Source: Coniocarpon cinnabarinum
Lineage: Eukaryota
Assembly: GCA_051942205.1 (NCBI GenBank)
Contig: JAVECO010000096.1
Coordinates: 62,001 to 86,515, forward strand
DNA: 24,515 nt
Direction: 5' to 3'
The translations under genes and the position numbers were made by a program. Positions within the stretch are counted from its first letter, which is position 1. Every line of letters begins with the position of its first letter. Below, piece after piece: positions 21,601 through 24,515 of this stretch. The notes under the pieces are model-generated. The model saw only the letters and a program-made list of their open reading frames with translations, did not search any database and had not been told where the DNA came from.

Positions 21601-22213
21601 ATTACTTATACTATTTAGGGTAGTAATATTATAATCCTTAACAACACCTCTAGTTCCTACTATAGGATTTTCCTACGTACTAGACTAAAAACCTAAAGGG
21701 TTAAACTCTAAAAAATTATATAGTATAGACCTATTATACACAAAGAAGAGAGCTTTAATATTTACTATAGTAGTAGCTAACACCGCTTTCTTAGTAGACT
21801 TCTATTCTTCTAATTAGTCGACCTTATTTAAGAATATTTTACCTTATCTTCTCTCTAACTCCTAAATTTTAGCTATCTTAGCTACCTATACGCGTTTTAC
21901 TTTCTTCTTTTTCTAATAAAGAACCTATAAACGGGTAGTTATAGAATTAACTACATAGGTTAGTATCTAGACTAACAAAAGATAATAGTTACCTATAGTT
22001 TTTCTAATTTATAGACGCGTTATAGTTGTACTAATAGTTATACTAAATATACTAGGCATAGACTTAATAGAGATAAGGGGCAACTTTATATAATAAACCT
22101 ACCTTTAAGTATTAAGAATAAGCTAGCATATTAGAATTACGAGCATTTAAGATATTATAATAAAAAGCTACTTTATTAGCTATATAAATATTAGTTAATA
22201 ACTTAGACGATAT
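21562..22213 (-). pseudogene. Antisense accessory gene of element 1: Zn2Cys6-like motif plus coiled coil, two exons (22213-21997, 21950-21562), RIP-degraded
   Basis: Minus-strand codons ATG CTA GCT TAT TCT TAA TAC..., read with TAT/TAC as RIP-mutated TGT/TGC, give MP.C-x2-C-x6-C-x9-C-x2-C-x8-C-D (22129-22022). Intron 21951-21996 has donor ATAGGT (RIP of GTAGGT), TACTAAC branch and TAG acceptor. Exon 2 is E/K/R-rich and helical. The reconstruction is inferential. Confidence 0.62.
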
Positions 22214-22307
22214 AACTATATATAACCGCTTACTATAGAATAGCAAGGAATAGGTATACTACTTATAAGTTTAGTAGTATTACTAGTAATTAAGAATAAT
22301 TTACCCT

Positions 22308-22319
22308 AAAGAGAGAGGA
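22308..22319 (+). other. Polypurine tract of element 1
   Basis: AAAGAGAGAGGA ending 3 nt before the 3' LTR. Confidence 0.85.
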
Positions 22320-22322
22320 TTA

Positions 22323-22750
22323 TATTACGCCTTACACAAATACTAGCCTATATTAGAAAACTAGTAATACTACTAACCTCCCTTATTAGGACTTAGCCTT
22401 ATTCTAGATTATAGTAAATAAAATATAGTATCTAGATTATAGTAAATAGGACGTAGTATCCTTAGACTAGCTAGATTCTTATAGCTATATACTTATTTAT
22501 ATAAGAGAGAGACATTTATATAGTCTTAACTAAAGACTATCTTAGAATAGACTTTAGTCTACTAACTTATAAGTTTAAATATAATCTACTTTATTATTAA
22601 TAAGTTATAAGTTTTACTCTTTACCTAAAACCTTTTATTTCTATTTAGAAGAGACTCTATATAGAGTCCTCTATACCTTAGAACTACTAGCTCTCTTCTA
22701 ACCGTATTAAGATAGGAAACTACTAAGAAATTACTCTAACCTACGTAACA
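22323..22750 (+). repeat. 3' LTR (428 bp)
   Basis: TATTACG...CGTAACA. The differences seen against the 5' LTR are C/T and G/A transitions plus one 2-bp CT indel near the end. Confidence 0.95.
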
Positions 22751-23251
22751 ACTAGCTTTTAATATAAAAGAAAGTAAGTATAATATATTAGTAGATTAGA
22801 TTAATATAGCTCTAGATAATACTTATTATATTCTTAATCTAAGTGTAAGTAAGTCTATACTATATAAACTTATAGAATTAGGGTTTAGAGGTAGGCTTAG
22901 AGCTAGAATATATTTTATAGATAAAATATACTTTAGTTAGCTATATACTAAAGTCTTATAGAACTAGATTATACTATACTTAAAATATTTTTTATAGATA
23001 AAATAGCTATAAGTAGCTAGAGTCTTTATTATAGTTTACTATAATATATATACTATAGATTAAGTCTAGACTAAACTAATAATAGTAATAACTAGCTAAC
23101 TAGCGTATTAGTAAACTAAGCTATTTATTATACTTACTATACTTTACTATATAGGCTTATATAAGATCTTAGCTAGTATTAACTAATATTTAATATTATT
23201 AGTATTATTATCTACTTCTAAAAAGGCTATTTATCTACTTTACTAAGCTAG

Positions 23252-24515
23252 TGTAACGCCCCTATAGAGGACCTAACACCTTAAGTAACTAAGAAGGCGT
23301 AGGGCTATCCTAGAGATAAGAACCTTTGCTATAGAAGAATATAATAGAGAATAATATAAAGGAATAAAGATAGTTAGAGCTATAGAGAAGAGTAACTAGT
23401 ATATTACTATAGTAAAGGTTACTTTATTTAATAGTAGTAGTACTATCTAAGAAAGTAAGGTATACTATAAACTAGTAAGTAATTAGTTTAGTAGTTTATA
23501 ACTTATAAGTTAGGTTAATTCTAAATTTAAATAATACTAAGCTTAAGAAAAGAATAGGCTTACTATTAGACTATATAGACTAAGGTATAAGTAAATATAT
23601 TATACCTTTATCCTCTCTATTACCTTTATTATATAGAAGCAATAAAGCTAATAGAGGCTTATATAATCTTTATATATATAGTTCTATAAATAAACGCGTC
23701 TTAATATATTAGAGTCTTAATATACTAGCGTAGTTTTATATAGGTGTATATAACCTATATACTACTAATAAGGTATAGTATAATATTAGCCTCTCTATAG
23801 GTTATTTGTCTTAAATAACTAAGACGTAGTATATAAATAGTAGGCGCTATTCTATTTATATTAGTAAGCTATTATATCTTCTTATAAGAATACTACTAAT
23901 AGTATTATATAAAGTAGTTGTATCTTAAAAGTTATTAAAGGCTCTTATAAACGTCTTTCTTCTAGTATTCTTAAATATACTTTAAAAAGGTCTTAGTAAA
24001 CTAGTAAACTAATTATAAATAATATACCTTTATACTTAAACTATAAATTAAAGAACTAATTCTATTAGTATATAGCTTATAAAGCTATATATAAGCCTTA
24101 TAAAAATAGTTGCCTAAAGTATAATATTTATATAATAGATATAGATAGTAAGTATACTAATTCTTATACTACTAGTTTTAGCTTCTAATACGTTTCTTAG
24201 TAAATTTCTTAGCTACTTGTTAAGATAAGATTACTAAATAGTATTAGAATCTTAAAGAGAAGGAAAGGCTAAAAGATAAGCGTTATACTTAAAAAAAGCT
24301 TAATTTACTTTATTAAAAGAATATATTAGATTATAAGTAGTTTAATCTTAATAGAGATAGTATAAGTTATATAAGATATAACTATCTATTAGAAATTAAG
24401 AAAGATCTTACTTATTAGAAAGAAGTTAGTTAGGTATCTAGTAGTAGCCTTAGTTTTATAGTAAATAGTACTACTATTAAAGATTTAAATACTATAATTA
24501 ATAATAGTATAACTT
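23252..24515 (-). mobile_element. 3' end of a second LTR retrotransposon in opposite orientation, continuing beyond the window; 3' LTR at 23252-23604
   Basis: TGTAACG at 23252 and TATTATA (RIP form of CGTTACA) at 23598-23604 bound a 353-bp unit. It is immediately followed by CCTTTATCCTCTCT (23605-23618), a purine-rich tract on the minus strand. No obvious similarity to the element 1 LTRs by eye; the partner LTR and pol are not in the window. Confidence 0.68.
23907..24515 (+). pseudogene. Antisense accessory gene of element 2: Zn2Cys6-like motif plus coiled coil, intron 24148-24200, 3'-partial, RIP-degraded
   Basis: ATA CCT TTA TAC TTA AAC TAT... reads after reversing RIP as MP.C-x2-C-x6-C-x8-C-x2-C-x6-C-D (24024-24125). 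Intron signals GTAAGT..TCTAAT..TAG are intact. Exon 2 is charged and helical (CTT AAA GAG AAG GAA AGG CTA AAA GAT AAG CGT...). The start codon is inferred (ATA from ATG). Confidence 0.65.

Larger units (their letters stand above)
15240..22750 (+). mobile_element. Full-length Ty3/Gypsy chromovirus LTR retrotransposon (about 7.5 kb), RIP-inactivated
   Basis: Direct-repeat LTRs 15240-15665 and 22323-22750, 5-bp target-site duplication ACTAG (15235-15239 and 22751-22755), polypurine tract before the 3' LTR, and domain order gag-PR-RT-RH-IN-chromodomain. Confidence 0.96.
14750..24515. other. AT-rich RIP-mutated compartment
   Basis: GC content falls steeply, TpA is in large excess, CpA/TpG are nearly absent, and the ORF track has no ORFs here. 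In recognisable retroelement motifs, Trp/Gln/Arg codons read TAG/TAA and Cys codons read TAT/TAC. The left edge is gradual (about 14,600-15,000). Confidence 0.95.

Noticed and set aside
15240..22750. Dating the insertion from LTR-LTR divergence
   Set aside because: The differences are dominated by RIP transitions, which are not clock-like.
22870..23010. TTAGGGTTTAGAGG as a telomeric relic and a repeated TTTTATAGATAAAATA
   Set aside because: Only one TTAGGG unit, and short AT-rich matches are expected in low-complexity RIP DNA.
14750..24515. Organellar insertion, alternative genetic code, CRISPR array or RNA genes as an explanation of the AT-rich half
   Set aside because: The stops map to RIP-type transitions in retroelement motifs, and no repeat-spacer array, tRNA or rRNA signature was seen.

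Overview
Filamentous ascomycete genomic DNA spanning a boundary between a gene-rich compartment (about 1-14,500; short GT-AG introns with CTRAY branch sites) and an AT-rich compartment devastated by repeat-induced point mutation (RIP; about 14,750-24,515). The gene-rich half holds seven genes: a secreted GH78 alpha-L-rhamnosidase (3' end outside the window), a divergently transcribed beta-carbonic anhydrase, a C3HC4 RING protein, a small spliced orphan gene, a divergent SRR1-like gene, a 12-exon amidase-signature gene needing one GC-AG intron, and a HeLo-like/SesA-type helical domain fused to an LMW-phosphatase-fold domain whose catalytic Cys is replaced by Asp. The AT-rich half holds a full-length RIP-inactivated Ty3/Gypsy chromovirus (15240-22750; two LTRs, ACTAG target-site duplication, gag, -1 slippery site, PR-RT-RH-IN-chromodomain) and the 3' end of a second, oppositely oriented LTR element (23252 to window end). 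Two observations stand out. (1) After reversing RIP changes by eye, both retroelements appear to carry an antisense spliced gene next to the 3' LTR encoding a Zn2Cys6-like motif plus coiled coil, with the intron at the same codon position and phase. (2) The HeLo-like/pseudophosphatase fusion is a candidate cell-death or immune switch. All calls come from manual motif reading; no database searches were run.
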